A stretch of 63,429 nucleotides of DNA, counting the filler. It is 7 parts of 7 records of this genome, joined end to end, with 100 filler letters (N's around TTAATTAATTAA, not from the genome) between each part and the next. Parts side by side here need not be neighbours in the genome. Positions count along the whole stretch, not along the records: positions 16,880 to 26,667 come from SRR20825014_53; positions 26,768 to 40,195 come from SRR20825014_59; 5 more parts are not named here. One strand, written 5' to 3'. Numbering within the stretch: position 1 is the first letter of the stretch; every line of letters begins with the position of its first letter. A program made the translations under genes and the position numbers. Of the stretch, positions 20,074 through 31,371 are shown one piece after another. Below the pieces are notes generated by a model that was given only the letters and a program-made list of their open reading frames with translations, was not told where the DNA came from and made no database searches.

Positions 20074-20445
20074 ATGGCCAAACCGACTGTCTGGGCGATT
20101 ATTCCCAATTTGTTGCGCAGCCTGTTTCGACCGGATGTGCCACTGCGAAGCAAGTTCCTGTTGCTGGCCGGAATCATTTACCTCGTCAGTCCAATTGACC
20201 TGTTGCCCGATGTCATTGCCGGTATTGGCTGGATTGATGACCTTGTTATCGTGCCCCTGTTGGGATGGCTTTCATATAAAAGCCTGCCGCCATCCGTAAA
20301 ATCGGATATGGCATCAACGGATTCCGAGGGGCCGACAAAGTCTCGTAAATGGTTGTATCTTCTGATTTTGATCGTGGTTCTGATTGGCATTGTGATGCTT
20401 ACAGGACCTGATGACAGCTTCCTGAAAACTCCGTCTGCTGGTTAA
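20074..20445 (+). CDS. YkvA/DUF1232 family membrane protein
   Basis: YLVSPIDLLPDVIAGIGWIDD. Confidence 0.9.
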   Translation: MAKPTVWAIIPNLLRSLFRPDVPLRSKFLLLAGIIYLVSPIDLLPDVIAGIGWIDDLVIVPLLGWLSYKSLPPSVKSDMASTDSEGPTKSRKWLYLLILIVVLIGIVMLTGPDDSFLKTPSAG

Positions 20446-20528
20446 GACACGACTTTTGCGCCTTTGACAGTCTTTGCCCCGCCCTTTTAAGCTTGGATGC
20501 AATTCCATCATGAAACGGGGATACGACC

Positions 20529-21527
20529 ATGGCAGATACATTTCGTGGCTTGGTTCTGCGCCAGCAGGAAAAATCAGTTCAGGCCGATTTTCAAAATCTG
20601 ACACTTGATGATCTGCCTGACGGCGATGTGCTGGTTCGGGTACGATGGTCGACCCTGAATTACAAGGACGGCATGATCCTGAACGGGCTTGGCCGTCTTG
20701 TCCGGCAATACCCGCATGTGCCCGGTGTCGATTTTGCGGGCGAAGTGATTTCATCGGATGATCCGCGTTATGCGCCCGGCGATCAGGTCATCCTGACCGG
20801 ATGGCGTGTTGGCGAAGCGCATTGGGGCGGATATGCCCAGTATGCCCGCGTCAAAGCCGATTGGCTGGTGCCAATGCCAGGTGGGCTTGATGGTGAGCAC
20901 GCCATGGCCATCGGTACCGCGGGCTTTACATCCATGCTTGCCGTGATGGCCCTTGAAGAGCAGGGCGTATCACCCGATCAGGATGGCGAAATCCTCGTTA
21001 CCGGGGCGGCGGGCGGTGTTGGGTCGGTCGCGGTAGGTCTTCTTTCCAATCTTGGTTATCGTGTTGCCGCCTCGACCGGGCGTGCTGACACGCATGACTA
21101 TCTTCGAAGCCTTGGTGCGCATTCAATTCTGGATCGATCAGAGTTAAGCGAGGCAAGCAAGCCCTTGCTGAGCGAGCGTTGGCTGGGGGCTGTTGACAGT
21201 GTCGGCAGCACGACATTGGCGCATGTCTTATCGGAAATGAAGTATCATGGCGTGGTTGCTGCTTGCGGGTTGGCTGGCGGGCCGGATTTACCTGCAACGG
21301 TTCTTCCGTTTTTGCTGCGCGGGGTCCGGTTGATCGGAATTGATTCCGTGATGTGCCCCTATGAAAAGCGCGTCACAGCCTGGAAACGTCTGACACAGGA
21401 ATTGCCAATGGATCAACTGGATGCTGTGACAACAAAGGTTGGACTTCGTGATATCCTGCCGTGGAGTGAAAAAATCCTCAAAGGGCAGGTTCGGGGGCGT
21501 TTGCTGATTGATGTGCAGGATTGCTAG
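20529..21527 (+). CDS. acuI: Acrylyl-CoA reductase AcuI/YhdH family (MDR oxidoreductase)
   Basis: STLNYKD, PGVDFAG, AMAIGTAGFT, VTGAAGGVGS, LPFLLRGV.LIGIDSV. Confidence 0.88.
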   Translation: MADTFRGLVLRQQEKSVQADFQNLTLDDLPDGDVLVRVRWSTLNYKDGMILNGLGRLVRQYPHVPGVDFAGEVISSDDPRYAPGDQVILTGWRVGEAHWGGYAQYARVKADWLVPMPGGLDGEHAMAIGTAGFTSMLAVMALEEQGVSPDQDGEILVTGAAGGVGSVAVGLLSNLGYRVAASTGRADTHDYLRSLGAHSILDRSELSEASKPLLSERWLGAVDSVGSTTLAHVLSEMKYHGVVAACGLAGGPDLPATVLPFLLRGVRLIGIDSVMCPYEKRVTAWKRLTQELPMDQLDAVTTKVGLRDILPWSEKILKGQVRGRLLIDVQDC

Positions 21528-21585
21528 CAGAGGCAAATATATGCAGAATCAGTCTGATCCGAGCTGCCAATCCTGAAATTCTGAA

Positions 21586-23562
21586 ATGAATGGGCCGTGC
21601 CATATGACCGAAAACCGGTTTCGCATCCTTCTGGTCGAAGATAATCCCGGCGATGCGTTTCTTGTAAAAACATTGCTGGAGGAAACCGGTGAGCAATTCG
21701 GTATCGAACATCGGTCCGATCTTGCTTCGGCCATGGCCCTGCTGAATGATCCGTCACCGGATGGACAGTTTGATGTTGTTCTGCTGGATTTGACGCTGCC
21801 CGATTCATCGGGGGTTGAGACCATCCGCCGAATTCGCGGCTGCGCGCATAGTGCACCGGTTGTTGTCCTGACCGGGCACAAGGACGAAGAACTTGCCTTT
21901 GAAGCCCTTCAGCACGGCGCAGAAGATTACCTGACCAAAGAATTCCCCGACGGCAGGACCATTCGCCGATCCATCCGTTATGCGATTGAACGGTCGCGTG
22001 CCGAGCAGGCTTTGAAGGAAAGCGAAGAACGGTATCGCAAGCTGGTGGAACTGGCACCGGAACTGATTTCGGTGCTGAGCGGTGAGGAAATTACCTATAT
22101 CAACCAGCAGGGCGTTGCCATTCTGCATGGGAACGACAGTTCCGAACTGGTCGGGCTCAGCTTCATGGAGATGGTCCATCCCGACAGCCGCGAAATCATG
22201 AGCGAATATATTGCCCGTTACGCTGGCGGTTATACGGGGCGGGCGGATTTTGTCATCATCTGCCGACGGGGCGACGGCGAGAATGTCGAGCTTGAAGTAT
22301 CCGCCATCGCCTTCACCCACGAAGGCGCGCCAGCCATGCTGATGCTGGCCGAGGATGTTACGGAAAAGCGCAAAATCGAACGGCAACTGGTTCAGACTTC
22401 CAAGCTGGCGACCCTTGGCGAGATGGCCGCATCCGTCGCCCATGAAATGAACCAGCCGCTTAATGTCATTCGGATGGCGGCTGATACCTGCGCGCTTCAA
22501 TATGAACTTGAAAAGGTCCAGCCCTCTTTCCAGAGAGAGCGATTGTCCCTGATTAGCGGGCAAACCCAGCGTATGGCCGAAATTATTCGACATTTGCAGA
22601 TATACAGTCGGCCAGACGAGGATGATTTCGAGCTTTTCGATCCGATGCGCGCGGTCACCCGTGCGGTGGACATGATCGAGCATGATTGCCGTTTGGCGGG
22701 GATCGTGGTGGATGTCGTTCCATCCGCACAAAGTTGCCAGGTGCTTGGGCGACAGGTCCAGCTTGAACAGGTTCTGGTCAATATGTTGACCAATGCGCGT
22801 GATGCAATCACGGAAAACGGCGATGATACCGGCGGGATTGGCGGGCTCATTCGATTAACAGCCATGCTTGATCCCGATCAGGAAGTGCTTCGAATTGCGA
22901 TTAATGACAATGGCGGCGGCATCCCCGAGGACGCCATTGGCCTTATTTTCCATCCGTTCTTTACGACCAAGGATGTCGGAAAGGGAACGGGGCTTGGCCT
23001 TTCGGTAAGCTATGGCATCGTCGAGGGAATGGGCGGGCATATTGATGTTCGCAATGAAGGAGACGGTGCCTGTTTCGAGATTGTTCTGCCTGCGACGCAT
23101 ATCGGCGAAACGCAGGGGGATGAGAATGACCCGTCTGATGATGCCCCGTTATTGCCTCAGCAGGAAAAAGTTCCGGAGGCAAGGTCGCGCGATTTGCGGA
23201 TCATGGTTGTCGATGATGAAATTGATGCGATGGAGATCATCGCAGCCTATCTCGAAGCGCAGGGATTCTCTGTTTCGGCGGCAAGCGACGGCGAAGATGC
23301 GCTTGCTCTGGCCGGTGTTGTGCAGCCCGACATTCTGATCACCGATATCCGGATGCCACAGATGGATGGCAATAGTCTGGTTCGGGAACTGCGTTCACGC
23401 AATCCCGCTTTGCCGGTGATCGTTATGACCGGTCATCCGGGGGATGCCGACAGACCGACAGAGGATGGGGATGATGCGCCGGTCATGGTGATGGCAAAGC
23501 CGCTTGATTTAAAAGAGCTTCTGGCAACGCTTGATGAAATTTCCGAAGTCGTTGCCGGCTGA
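21586..23562 (+). CDS. Hybrid sensor histidine kinase (REC-PAS-HisKA-HATPase-REC)
   Basis: [53 protein letters not shown]; start may be 21604. Confidence 0.92.
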   Translation: MNGPCHMTENRFRILLVEDNPGDAFLVKTLLEETGEQFGIEHRSDLASAMALLNDPSPDGQFDVVLLDLTLPDSSGVETIRRIRGCAHSAPVVVLTGHKDEELAFEALQHGAEDYLTKEFPDGRTIRRSIRYAIERSRAEQALKESEERYRKLVELAPELISVLSGEEITYINQQGVAILHGNDSSELVGLSFMEMVHPDSREIMSEYIARYAGGYTGRADFVIICRRGDGENVELEVSAIAFTHEGAPAMLMLAEDVTEKRKIERQLVQTSKLATLGEMAASVAHEMNQPLNVIRMAADTCALQYELEKVQPSFQRERLSLISGQTQRMAEIIRHLQIYSRPDEDDFELFDPMRAVTRAVDMIEHDCRLAGIVVDVVPSAQSCQVLGRQVQLEQVLVNMLTNARDAITENGDDTGGIGGLIRLTAMLDPDQEVLRIAINDNGGGIPEDAIGLIFHPFFTTKDVGKGTGLGLSVSYGIVEGMGGHIDVRNEGDGACFEIVLPATHIGETQGDENDPSDDAPLLPQQEKVPEARSRDLRIMVVDDEIDAMEIIAAYLEAQGFSVSAASDGEDALALAGVVQPDILITDIRMPQMDGNSLVRELRSRNPALPVIVMTGHPGDADRPTEDGDDAPVMVMAKPLDLKELLATLDEISEVVAG

Positions 23563-23567
23563 AATAC

Positions 23568-23596
23568 AAAAAAACCCGGCCAAGGGGCCGGGTTTT
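23568..23596. terminator. Bidirectional intrinsic terminator
   Basis: AAAACCCGGCC-AAGG-GGCCGGGTTTT between convergent genes. Confidence 0.85.
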
Positions 23597-23622
23597 GAAA
23601 GCTTCGGCTTTATGTGGGAAAA

Positions 23623-24276
23623 TCAGGCTTCCCAGCCAAGCTGCATGGCTATTTTAACCGCCTGCGTACGGTTCGCGGCACCAAGCTTTTTGAAAATGCC
23701 GGTCAGGTGAACCTTCACCGTGATTTCGCGGACCGTAAGCTGCTTGGCGATTTCCTTGTTGGACAGACCTTTGGTCAGCAGGGCCAGAACTTCACGTTCC
23801 CGATTGGTCAGTTGACGCAGGGGATTGTCAGGAGCAAGCCCATCCAGATCAATTTCACCCGGACGCGTGTTGCTGCCATCATCTTCCAGAAGTGCCGAGG
23901 GAATGTATTTTTCCCCTGACATGATCAGGCGGAGCGCATTGATCAGCGACTTGCCAGACAGGGTTTTGGGCAAATAGCCCGACGCACCATGTTCAAGTGC
24001 ATTGAGCACATCGCTGCGTTTGACGGATCCTGACAAAATGACGACCGGAATTTCCGGATGTTTCTGCCGCATTACGGTCAGGCCCGAAAGCCCGTTCATG
24101 CCCGGCATGTTGAGATCAAGGATCGTCAGTTCGACCGGCGTATCGCCATCGACGATGGAAAGTGCTTCGGCAAAGTCTTTTGCCTGGGCAATTTCGACTT
24201 CTGGCGCCGCCGTTTTCAGAAAGGATGTGATCCCGTCTCTAACGAGGTCATGGTCGTCCGCTAGCAGGATGTTCAT
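23623..24276 (-). CDS. NarL/LuxR-family response regulator
   Basis: LADDHDLVR, LDLNMPG, LTNREREVL..GLSNKEIA. Confidence 0.93.
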   Translation of the reverse strand: MNILLADDHDLVRDGITSFLKTAAPEVEIAQAKDFAEALSIVDGDTPVELTILDLNMPGMNGLSGLTVMRQKHPEIPVVILSGSVKRSDVLNALEHGASGYLPKTLSGKSLINALRLIMSGEKYIPSALLEDDGSNTRPGEIDLDGLAPDNPLRQLTNREREVLALLTKGLSNKEIAKQLTVREITVKVHLTGIFKKLGAANRTQAVKIAMQLGWEA

Positions 24277-24561
24277 GTTATTGTGCCGTACCCGTTTTTA
24301 GCCGTCTCCCGCAAAAGGCGGTACCGGTATCGCGTCCCGCACCCAAATATACGGAAACACGCAAAGTTGTCATCTTCCAAATTTCGCGTCCCCCCGGACG
24401 CGAGCGCAGCATTAAATAATTCTGATGTCCTGTCAAACTGCAGGATGGATTTCAGGGGGCGGAATTATCCGTGAGGATAGTCTTTGTTTAAGGATGATAA
24501 AAATATTGTCGCATATTGCATAGTGAAACTGACCGGATTCTAAGGTGTCTGGATTCTTTAA

Positions 24562-25293
24562 TCAGGCATAAATCGAAAAAATGTCGTTCGCGTCGTTCTG
24601 CGGTTGTCCGTAACCCGGGATCGGTTTTGGCTGATCGCCACCAATCGTTGCACGTTGCAGGCTTGCCTGTCGGAATGCCGCCATATCCGCGCCTGATGGT
24701 GCGTTGGGAGCAAGCGCTGCATTCTGAAGGGTCGCAAGCGCGCGTTCCTTATCTTCTGCGCTACCCGAAAGGCTGACGCCGACATCAACATGTCCACCAA
24801 TGGCATATGCCTTTCCGTCTGGTCCGATCTGGTATTCATATTGCGGGGCAGATCCATAAGGCCCTGCCGCGGCAGCATGCGCTTTTTCTTCCTGCTTTAC
24901 GGCAGAATCGCGGGCTTGCAATCGCGATATGTCGGCTTTTTCCGTCGCACTCAGCTCACCAGAAGTTTTTGCGCCGGAATTATTGCTGTCCGCCTTGTTG
25001 TCGCTTGCTTCAAGGGCTTCGCGATACTCGCTTCGGCTGGCACCATTGGCAACGGCCTGTGCTTCGGTCAGCGTTCTGGGGTCTACAATACGGGTGCGAA
25101 GTCCGGTGCCTGCTTCGCCTCCAATACCATAAGGTCCTTGCGACAGCCCTGACTTCTCGCCAGACTTAACTTCTATCGCTTCGTATTCGGCCAAAACACT
25201 GCCATCAGCGGTTTGCGCAATCTGCCTGACATTCAGGACAATGCCCAATCCACCACCAGCGGGGTTCGTTATGGTTTGACCGGTCGTAATCAT
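24562..25293 (-). CDS. SprA-related (CJM1_0395-like) family protein
   Basis: EEKAHAAAAG, YQIGPDGKAYAIGGHV, AALAPNAPSGAD. Confidence 0.8.
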   Translation of the reverse strand: MITTGQTITNPAGGGLGIVLNVRQIAQTADGSVLAEYEAIEVKSGEKSGLSQGPYGIGGEAGTGLRTRIVDPRTLTEAQAVANGASRSEYREALEASDNKADSNNSGAKTSGELSATEKADISRLQARDSAVKQEEKAHAAAAGPYGSAPQYEYQIGPDGKAYAIGGHVDVGVSLSGSAEDKERALATLQNAALAPNAPSGADMAAFRQASLQRATIGGDQPKPIPGYGQPQNDANDIFSIYA

Positions 25294-25502
25294 CGGATCG
25301 AAATGGTTTTCCGTGGCGATACAAAATCGATACGTAAGGATAGCAGGAAAATTCGCAGGAGTCTCGCCCGGTGTCTATACCTTTGGTGCCTTGCATGAAG
25401 CATGCTGTCTTGCGTGCCAAACTATAGGCTGTTACAGGAAAGTCTGGATTTTGGATGCCCCCAATTCTTGGGCAATAGCCTTTCAAGACAGGAAAACTGA
25501 TC

Positions 25503-26537
25503 GTGATGTCCGACTTTGTCATTCCCGCAGATGAAACGGTTCTGGTTACCGGGGCTGCCGGTTTTATCGGATCGCATCTTTGCCAGAAACTGCTGGATCA
25601 GGGCAGCACCGTAATCGGGCTTGATAACGTCAACGATTATTATGACGTCACGCTGAAAGAAGCCCGGCTTGCACGGCTTGAAGGGCGGGACGGTTTCAAA
25701 TTTGTCCGCATGAACCTGGAAGATCGGGATGGTATTGCTGATCTGTTCGCAACCGAAAAGCCGACCTATGTCGTCAACCTTGCGGCCCAGGCTGGCGTTC
25801 GCTATTCGCTTGAAAACCCGCATGCCTATATTGATGCCAACCTTGTCGGTTTTACCAATATTCTTGAAGGCTGCCGCCATAACGGCGTGAAGCATCTGGT
25901 CTATGCCTCAAGCAGTTCGGTTTATGGCATGAATACTGAAATGCCGTTTTCGGTGCATCACAATGTCGATCACCCGATCAGTCTTTATGCCGCATCGAAA
26001 AAAGCCAACGAATTGATGGCGCATACCTACAGCCACCTTTACCGCTTGCCGACCACGGGCCTTCGTTTCTTTACGGTTTATGGTCCTTGGGGTCGGCCTG
26101 ATATGGCGTTGTTCCTGTTTACCAAGGCCATTCTGGAAGGACGACCGATTGACGTCTTTAACGAAGGAAAAATGCGCCGCGACTTCACCTATATCGACGA
26201 TATCGTCGAAGGAGTTCATCGCTGCATTTCAACCGTTGCTGCCCCCAATCCCGACTGGAACCCGGCCAAACCGGACCCGGCAACCAGTTCGGCACCCTAT
26301 CGCGTGTTCAATATCGGCAACAACAGTCCGGTAGAACTGATGCACATGATCGGAACGCTCGAAAAGGCACTGGGCAAAACGGCTGAGAAAAACATGCTGC
26401 CGATGCAGGCGGGCGATGTTCCGGCGACCTATGCCGATGTCGATGCCCTGACCGATGCCGTCGGTTTCAAGCCGGAAACCTCGATTGAAACGGGGATTGG
26501 CCGCTTTGTCGAATGGTACAAAGCCTTTTACGGGTAA
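25503..26537 (+). CDS. NAD-dependent epimerase (UDP-glucuronate 4-epimerase type)
   Basis: [34 protein letters not shown]. Confidence 0.93.
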   Translation: MMSDFVIPADETVLVTGAAGFIGSHLCQKLLDQGSTVIGLDNVNDYYDVTLKEARLARLEGRDGFKFVRMNLEDRDGIADLFATEKPTYVVNLAAQAGVRYSLENPHAYIDANLVGFTNILEGCRHNGVKHLVYASSSSVYGMNTEMPFSVHHNVDHPISLYAASKKANELMAHTYSHLYRLPTTGLRFFTVYGPWGRPDMALFLFTKAILEGRPIDVFNEGKMRRDFTYIDDIVEGVHRCISTVAAPNPDWNPAKPDPATSSAPYRVFNIGNNSPVELMHMIGTLEKALGKTAEKNMLPMQAGDVPATYADVDALTDAVGFKPETSIETGIGRFVEWYKAFYG

Positions 26538-26667
26538 GGCTTGGTTTGTTAGGGGCAGGCGTGATTGCGCCTGCTCTATACCACAAGTCATGCATGCATA
26601 CTGCGCTTACAGCGTTATGCTTTTGCGTGGTTTTCTAAAATATCTGGAAAATGGTGCTGCTGGGGAG

Positions 26668-26767
26668 NNNNNNNNNNNNNNNNNNNNNNNNNNNNNNNNN
26701 NNNNNNNNNNNTTAATTAATTAANNNNNNNNNNNNNNNNNNNNNNNNNNNNNNNNNNNNNNNNNNNN
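26668..26767. other. Artificial contig linker
   Basis: N44-TTAATTAATTAA-N44. Confidence 0.99.
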
Positions 26768-26768
26768 T

Positions 26769-28151
26769 ATGACCATTAATGGTCCTGCACCAATGCTCTT
26801 AGCCTTTTTTATGAACGCTGCCATTGACCAAAACTGTGAGAAATATATCAAAGAAAATGGTCTGCAAAAAGAGGTCGATGAAAAAATCAAAACCATTTTT
26901 AAAGAAAAAGGAGTGGCGCAGCCCACCTATTACGGCGAACTTCCCGAAGGGAACAACGGTCTTGGTCTAATGCTTTTGGGTGTAACCGGGGACCAAGTGC
27001 TTCCCGAAAATGTTTACCAAGAAATAAAAGCTAAGACCTTGAACCAAGTTCGTGGTACGGTACAGGCCGATATTTTAAAAGAGGACCAAGCACAGAACAC
27101 CTGTATCTTCTCGACGGAGTTTGCATTGCGATTGATGGGCGATGTGCAGGAGTATTTTATTGAGCAACAGGTGCGCAATTTTTACTCCGTATCCATATCG
27201 GGCTACCACATTGCCGAGGCGGGCGCCAATCCCATAACACAGTTGGCGTTTACACTTTCCAATGGTTTTACCTACGTAGAATATTACTTGAGCCGAGGAA
27301 TGGACATCAATAAGTTTGGGCCGAATCTTTCGTTTTTCTTTTCCAACGGAGTGGACCCGGAATATGCGGTCATAGGGCGCGTAGCTAGACGCATTTGGTC
27401 CAAGGCCCTCAAAGAAAAGTATGGTGCCAATCCAAGGGCGCAAATGCTCAAATATCACATCCAAACCTCGGGAAGAAGCCTGCACGCACAGGAAATTGAT
27501 TTCAACGATATCCGTACCACGCTTCAGGCCTTGTATGCAATTTATGATAACTGTAACTCGCTGCATACCAATGCGTATGATGAGGCCATTACCACACCAA
27601 CCGAGGAATCTGTCCGTAGGGCCATGGCCATACAGTTGATCATCAACAAAGAATTAGGCTTGACCAAAAATGAAAACCCGATACAGGGGGCGTTCATTAT
27701 TGAAGAGTTAACCGATTTGGTCGAGGAAGCTGTTTTAATGGAGTTTGATAGAATTACCGAACGTGGGGGTGTGCTGGGAGCTATGGAAACCATGTACCAA
27801 CGCTCCAAGATTCAAGAAGAAAGTCTCCATTATGAAACCCTAAAACACTCGGGTGAATATCCGATTATTGGGGTAAACACATTTTTGAGCTCCAAAGGTT
27901 CACCGACCATTCTCCCTGCTGAGGTCATCCGCGCTACGGAAAAGGAAAAGGAAAATCAGATAAAGACCTTGCAAAACCTTCACAAAAGGGAAGAGGACGA
28001 AGCTTCCAAACAGTTGAATGAATTGCAGGAGGTTGCCATCAACAATGAGAATATCTTTGAAAAATTGATGGAGGCAGCCAAATATTGCTCATTGGGGCAA
28101 ATTACCGAAGCGTTGTTTGAAGTAGGGGGGCAGTACCGAAGAAATATGTAG
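26769..28151 (+). CDS. icmF: Fused acyl-CoA mutase IcmF-type, C-terminal mutase domain (5'-partial)
   Basis: [57 protein letters not shown]. Confidence 0.85.
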   Translation: MTINGPAPMLLAFFMNAAIDQNCEKYIKENGLQKEVDEKIKTIFKEKGVAQPTYYGELPEGNNGLGLMLLGVTGDQVLPENVYQEIKAKTLNQVRGTVQADILKEDQAQNTCIFSTEFALRLMGDVQEYFIEQQVRNFYSVSISGYHIAEAGANPITQLAFTLSNGFTYVEYYLSRGMDINKFGPNLSFFFSNGVDPEYAVIGRVARRIWSKALKEKYGANPRAQMLKYHIQTSGRSLHAQEIDFNDIRTTLQALYAIYDNCNSLHTNAYDEAITTPTEESVRRAMAIQLIINKELGLTKNENPIQGAFIIEELTDLVEEAVLMEFDRITERGGVLGAMETMYQRSKIQEESLHYETLKHSGEYPIIGVNTFLSSKGSPTILPAEVIRATEKEKENQIKTLQNLHKREEDEASKQLNELQEVAINNENIFEKLMEAAKYCSLGQITEALFEVGGQYRRNM

Positions 28152-28154
28152 GAA

Positions 28155-28556
28155 TCAGTCGTTTTTGTTGATCAAGGACTTTCTCCATTTTTTAAAGGAA
28201 ATACGGAATATGCGAATCTCTTTTCTAAGCAAGTTCAGGTATTCCTTCTCTTTTACGCCGTCCCTTTCCAGACCATTGCAATATGCAAGAATATTGCGTG
28301 TCATAATATTTACGTAAGAAAGGCTTCTCATACGTACAGATGGACAATTGCTCAATGCGGCCTGTTCCAATTCCTTGGTAATCAGGTCGGCATCTACCAA
28401 AAGGGATTGGGAGATATCATCTCGGAAAGAATCGATTTTGCGAAGTGACAAAATCTCTCTGTTTTGGGTAAAGTAAGCAGCCACCGCTTCGCTCATGTCG
28501 CGAAGGGCCAAAGATCTACGGTATACACCAAGGGAGTTAAGAGAATTTCTCTCCAT
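28155..28556 (-). CDS. Hypothetical four-helix-bundle-like protein
   Basis: 133-aa helical ORF; L.VY..S N-terminus and KEYLNLLRKEI. Confidence 0.65.
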   Translation of the reverse strand: MERNSLNSLGVYRRSLALRDMSEAVAAYFTQNREILSLRKIDSFRDDISQSLLVDADLITKELEQAALSNCPSVRMRSLSYVNIMTRNILAYCNGLERDGVKEKEYLNLLRKEIRIFRISFKKWRKSLINKND

Positions 28557-28678
28557 GTTTTTCTAGCAATTTTGAATCATAAAATTACGCACGAATCAAA
28601 TTTTTTTACTTTTGTTACGAAAGCTATAATTCGATTTTACTTTCGAAAACAAAAAAATAGCGGTAAATTTCTTTCCAT

Positions 28679-29131
28679 ATGAAGATAGATGACTTGAATT
28701 GGCAAATTTTGAATCATTTGCAGCAAAATGCACGGGAATCTTTTGCCAATATTGGGAGAAAGATTGGACTAACCCCACCAGCGGTTGCGGAACGCGTTAA
28801 GAAAATGGAGGACCTTGGCATCATTGAAAGCTATCGTGCCAACATTTCCTATGTAGAGGCGGGATACCAGCTGAAGGCGATAATCATGTTGCGTGCCTTT
28901 ATGGGTAAGTTGAAGCCTTTTCTGGACAAGGTAAAAACATTTCAGGAGGTAGAAAATTGCTACCGTATCACCGGTAATGAAAACATTATTATGGAGGTGG
29001 TGCTTCGGGATCAGTCCCATTTGGAAAAATTTATCGATGAACTCATCGTATACGGAGAATGTAGAACACACATTGTGTTGTCCAATGTAGTAGCCAATTC
29101 CCCCATTAAAAAAAGTAAAGTCGGTAAATAG
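28679..29131 (+). CDS. Lrp/AsnC family transcriptional regulator
   Basis: LQQNARESFANIGRKIGLTPPAVAERVKKME, CYRITG. Confidence 0.93.
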   Translation: MKIDDLNWQILNHLQQNARESFANIGRKIGLTPPAVAERVKKMEDLGIIESYRANISYVEAGYQLKAIIMLRAFMGKLKPFLDKVKTFQEVENCYRITGNENIIMEVVLRDQSHLEKFIDELIVYGECRTHIVLSNVVANSPIKKSKVGK

Positions 29132-29192
29132 TTTCTTGTTAAATTGATGATTTAGAAACAGACTTTGGCTAGATTTTTGTTAAAATAGAGTT

Positions 29193-30620
29193 ATGAAAAA
29201 AACATATTTGCTATCACTTTTGACCAGTTTTTGTGCACTATCCATCTTCTCACAACAATTGGTCTTAAAAAAAGGGGAGATTGTTGAAAATCTTTCAATT
29301 AACGATTCCACAGAGAATACCTACTCCATTTACATACCCAAGACCTTTTCCATGGAGAAAAAGTGGCCGTTGATGGTGGTGTTGGATACGGAGGGAAATG
29401 AGACCAAGGCACTTTCCATGTTTGTGGTTGCAGCAGAAAATGAGGGGTATGTTCTGGCTGCTCCAAAACTGTTGGACAGTGTTTCTCTGACAAAGAATAT
29501 GGTGGTGGTAAGCCAATCTATTCAAAAGGTTACAAGTATGTTGCCCATACACGGTGATAGGATTTATGCAGCAGGTAGTGAGTCCGGAGGCCAGTTTGCC
29601 AGTTTGGTTCCGGTTTTGATCACAGGTGTTAACGGGACAATGTCCATTGGAGCCTCTTTGGCCAATCGTGAGCTGATAAATACCAAAAATCCTTTCCATT
29701 TTGTAGGGATTGTTAATAAAGAGAATTTTAATTACCCGTTTATGTTGACGGATGCCAAGCTTTTGGACAGGTATAAGTTCCGCAATCAAGTGTTGTTGTA
29801 CGATGGAAGCGGGGAATGGCCTGGAGTTTCATACTTGGAAAAAGGAATGCAACTATTCACTTTGGATGCCATGGGAAGGAAATGGATTCCAAATGACCCT
29901 GCCTATGTAGAAAAGGCCTATCAAGAAGATTTGGGCAAATTGGAGCAGTTGAAAAGCATTGGTGATTTATTGTGGGCAGAGCAATACATGACCGAAATGG
30001 TGTCCATGTACGGCGCTCTAAAAAATATGGATTCCCTCCGGTCTGTGCAGAAAGATTTGAGGAAGGATAGGGGCTTCAAAGCGATGAAAAGAGCAGAAAA
30101 CGCTGCCTTTTTAAAAGAATCCTTGCTCAAGGAGGATTACCAATATTATATGGAGGAAGATGTGTACACCCATAATTTCAACAATCTGGGATGGTGGAAC
30201 CATCAAATGGGCGAGATTAGCAAGTTTATTTCAGGATCAAAACCCTATGAAAAGCAGATGGGCCATAGGTTGAAGGGCTTTGTAAATGCCTTGGCGGAAG
30301 ATAACATTCGGATAATAGCTTCCGAAGAAGTGGTGGATGAAGATGCTTTGGCATTTTTGTACATGCTGAAAACCATTCTGGAGCCCGAGAATCATGAATA
30401 TTACCTCAAGACCATTTCCCTCAGTGCAAAGAATGATGATTTTGGAACATCGCTCTTCTATTTGGAAGAACTTTTGAAAAAAGGGTTTAAGGATAAGGAA
30501 AAGCTCTACAGTCTGGAACATACAGCCTTGTTCCGCATTACCCCGGAGTTCAACGAAATGGTGTCCAAGTACCTTGACGATGCACGTTATGACATCAAAC
30601 TCGATGAAAATAGACCGTAG
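29193..30620 (+). CDS. Exported alpha/beta-hydrolase-fold protein with helical C-terminus
   Basis: Signal peptide, YSIYIP..KWPL, RIYAAGSESGG (atypical nucleophile elbow). Confidence 0.65.
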   Translation: MKKTYLLSLLTSFCALSIFSQQLVLKKGEIVENLSINDSTENTYSIYIPKTFSMEKKWPLMVVLDTEGNETKALSMFVVAAENEGYVLAAPKLLDSVSLTKNMVVVSQSIQKVTSMLPIHGDRIYAAGSESGGQFASLVPVLITGVNGTMSIGASLANRELINTKNPFHFVGIVNKENFNYPFMLTDAKLLDRYKFRNQVLLYDGSGEWPGVSYLEKGMQLFTLDAMGRKWIPNDPAYVEKAYQEDLGKLEQLKSIGDLLWAEQYMTEMVSMYGALKNMDSLRSVQKDLRKDRGFKAMKRAENAAFLKESLLKEDYQYYMEEDVYTHNFNNLGWWNHQMGEISKFISGSKPYEKQMGHRLKGFVNALAEDNIRIIASEEVVDEDALAFLYMLKTILEPENHEYYLKTISLSAKNDDFGTSLFYLEELLKKGFKDKEKLYSLEHTALFRITPEFNEMVSKYLDDARYDIKLDENRP

Positions 30621-30652
30621 ACAAAGACTTTAGTTCTTACGGGTTTAAGCTG

Positions 30653-30660
30653 TATTTTTG
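30653..30660 (+). promoter_or_regulatory. Bacteroidota housekeeping promoter -7 element
   Basis: TATTTTTG matches TAnnTTTG, 16 nt before the ATG. Confidence 0.55.
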
Positions 30661-30676
30661 TAAAAACAGCTTCAGG

Positions 30677-31315
30677 ATGAAATATGCACTTTTACTATTG
30701 GTAGTTTTTTTGATGTCTTGTGGTCAGGGTAAAAAATACCATGATGAAGAGAAATCCGTTGCCGTAAAATCGGATTTGATAGCGGATATTTTGGAATATC
30801 AAAAAGAACAGAACGAGAGCTTTAAAGACCCCGATTCATCCCCCTTGCCCGATAAATACCGTAAGGATTTCGAGGGGCTCGATTTTTTTGAGCCCGATAC
30901 CAACTATATAGTAAAGGCGCATTTTGTGCGTACTCCAGATGCAGAACCTTTTTTAATGCCCAGCACTACGGATAGGCAAACGCAAGAAGTGGTCTACGGA
31001 ATCGCACATTTTAAATTGAACGGGAACGAACACCAGTTAGAGGTATACCAAAGTTTGGATATGATGGATGATGAAGAATATGAAGATTATCTGTTCTTGC
31101 CTTTTTTAGATAATACCAACGGGGAAGAGACGTATGGAGGGGGAAGATATATTGATTTGACGATTCCTGAAGGTGATACTTTGGTGATTGACTTTAACAA
31201 GGCATACAACCCTTATTGTGTGTATAACAAAAAGTACTCCTGCCCTCTAGTGCCAAGGCAAAATTATTTGAGAACTAAAGTGAGAGCAGGAGTGAAAAAT
31301 TTTAACAAGGACTAA
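30677..31315 (+). CDS. DUF1684 family lipoprotein
   Basis: Lipobox LMSC; LFLPFLDNTNGEETYGGGRY; DFNKAYNPYCVYN..YSCP. Confidence 0.9.
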   Translation: MKYALLLLVVFLMSCGQGKKYHDEEKSVAVKSDLIADILEYQKEQNESFKDPDSSPLPDKYRKDFEGLDFFEPDTNYIVKAHFVRTPDAEPFLMPSTTDRQTQEVVYGIAHFKLNGNEHQLEVYQSLDMMDDEEYEDYLFLPFLDNTNGEETYGGGRYIDLTIPEGDTLVIDFNKAYNPYCVYNKKYSCPLVPRQNYLRTKVRAGVKNFNKD

Positions 31316-31350
31316 AAAAAGCCTTAATCCTATTGGAATAAGGCTTTTTT
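31315..31350. terminator. Bidirectional intrinsic terminator
   Basis: AAAAAAGCCTTA..TAAGGCTTTTTT between convergent genes. Confidence 0.8.
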
Positions 31351-31371
31351 CGTGTCATATCAATATTATTT

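Noticed and set aside
28155-28556. Four-helix protein as Avd of a diversity-generating retroelement
   Set aside because: No reverse transcriptase or template/variable repeat pair is visible on the contig.
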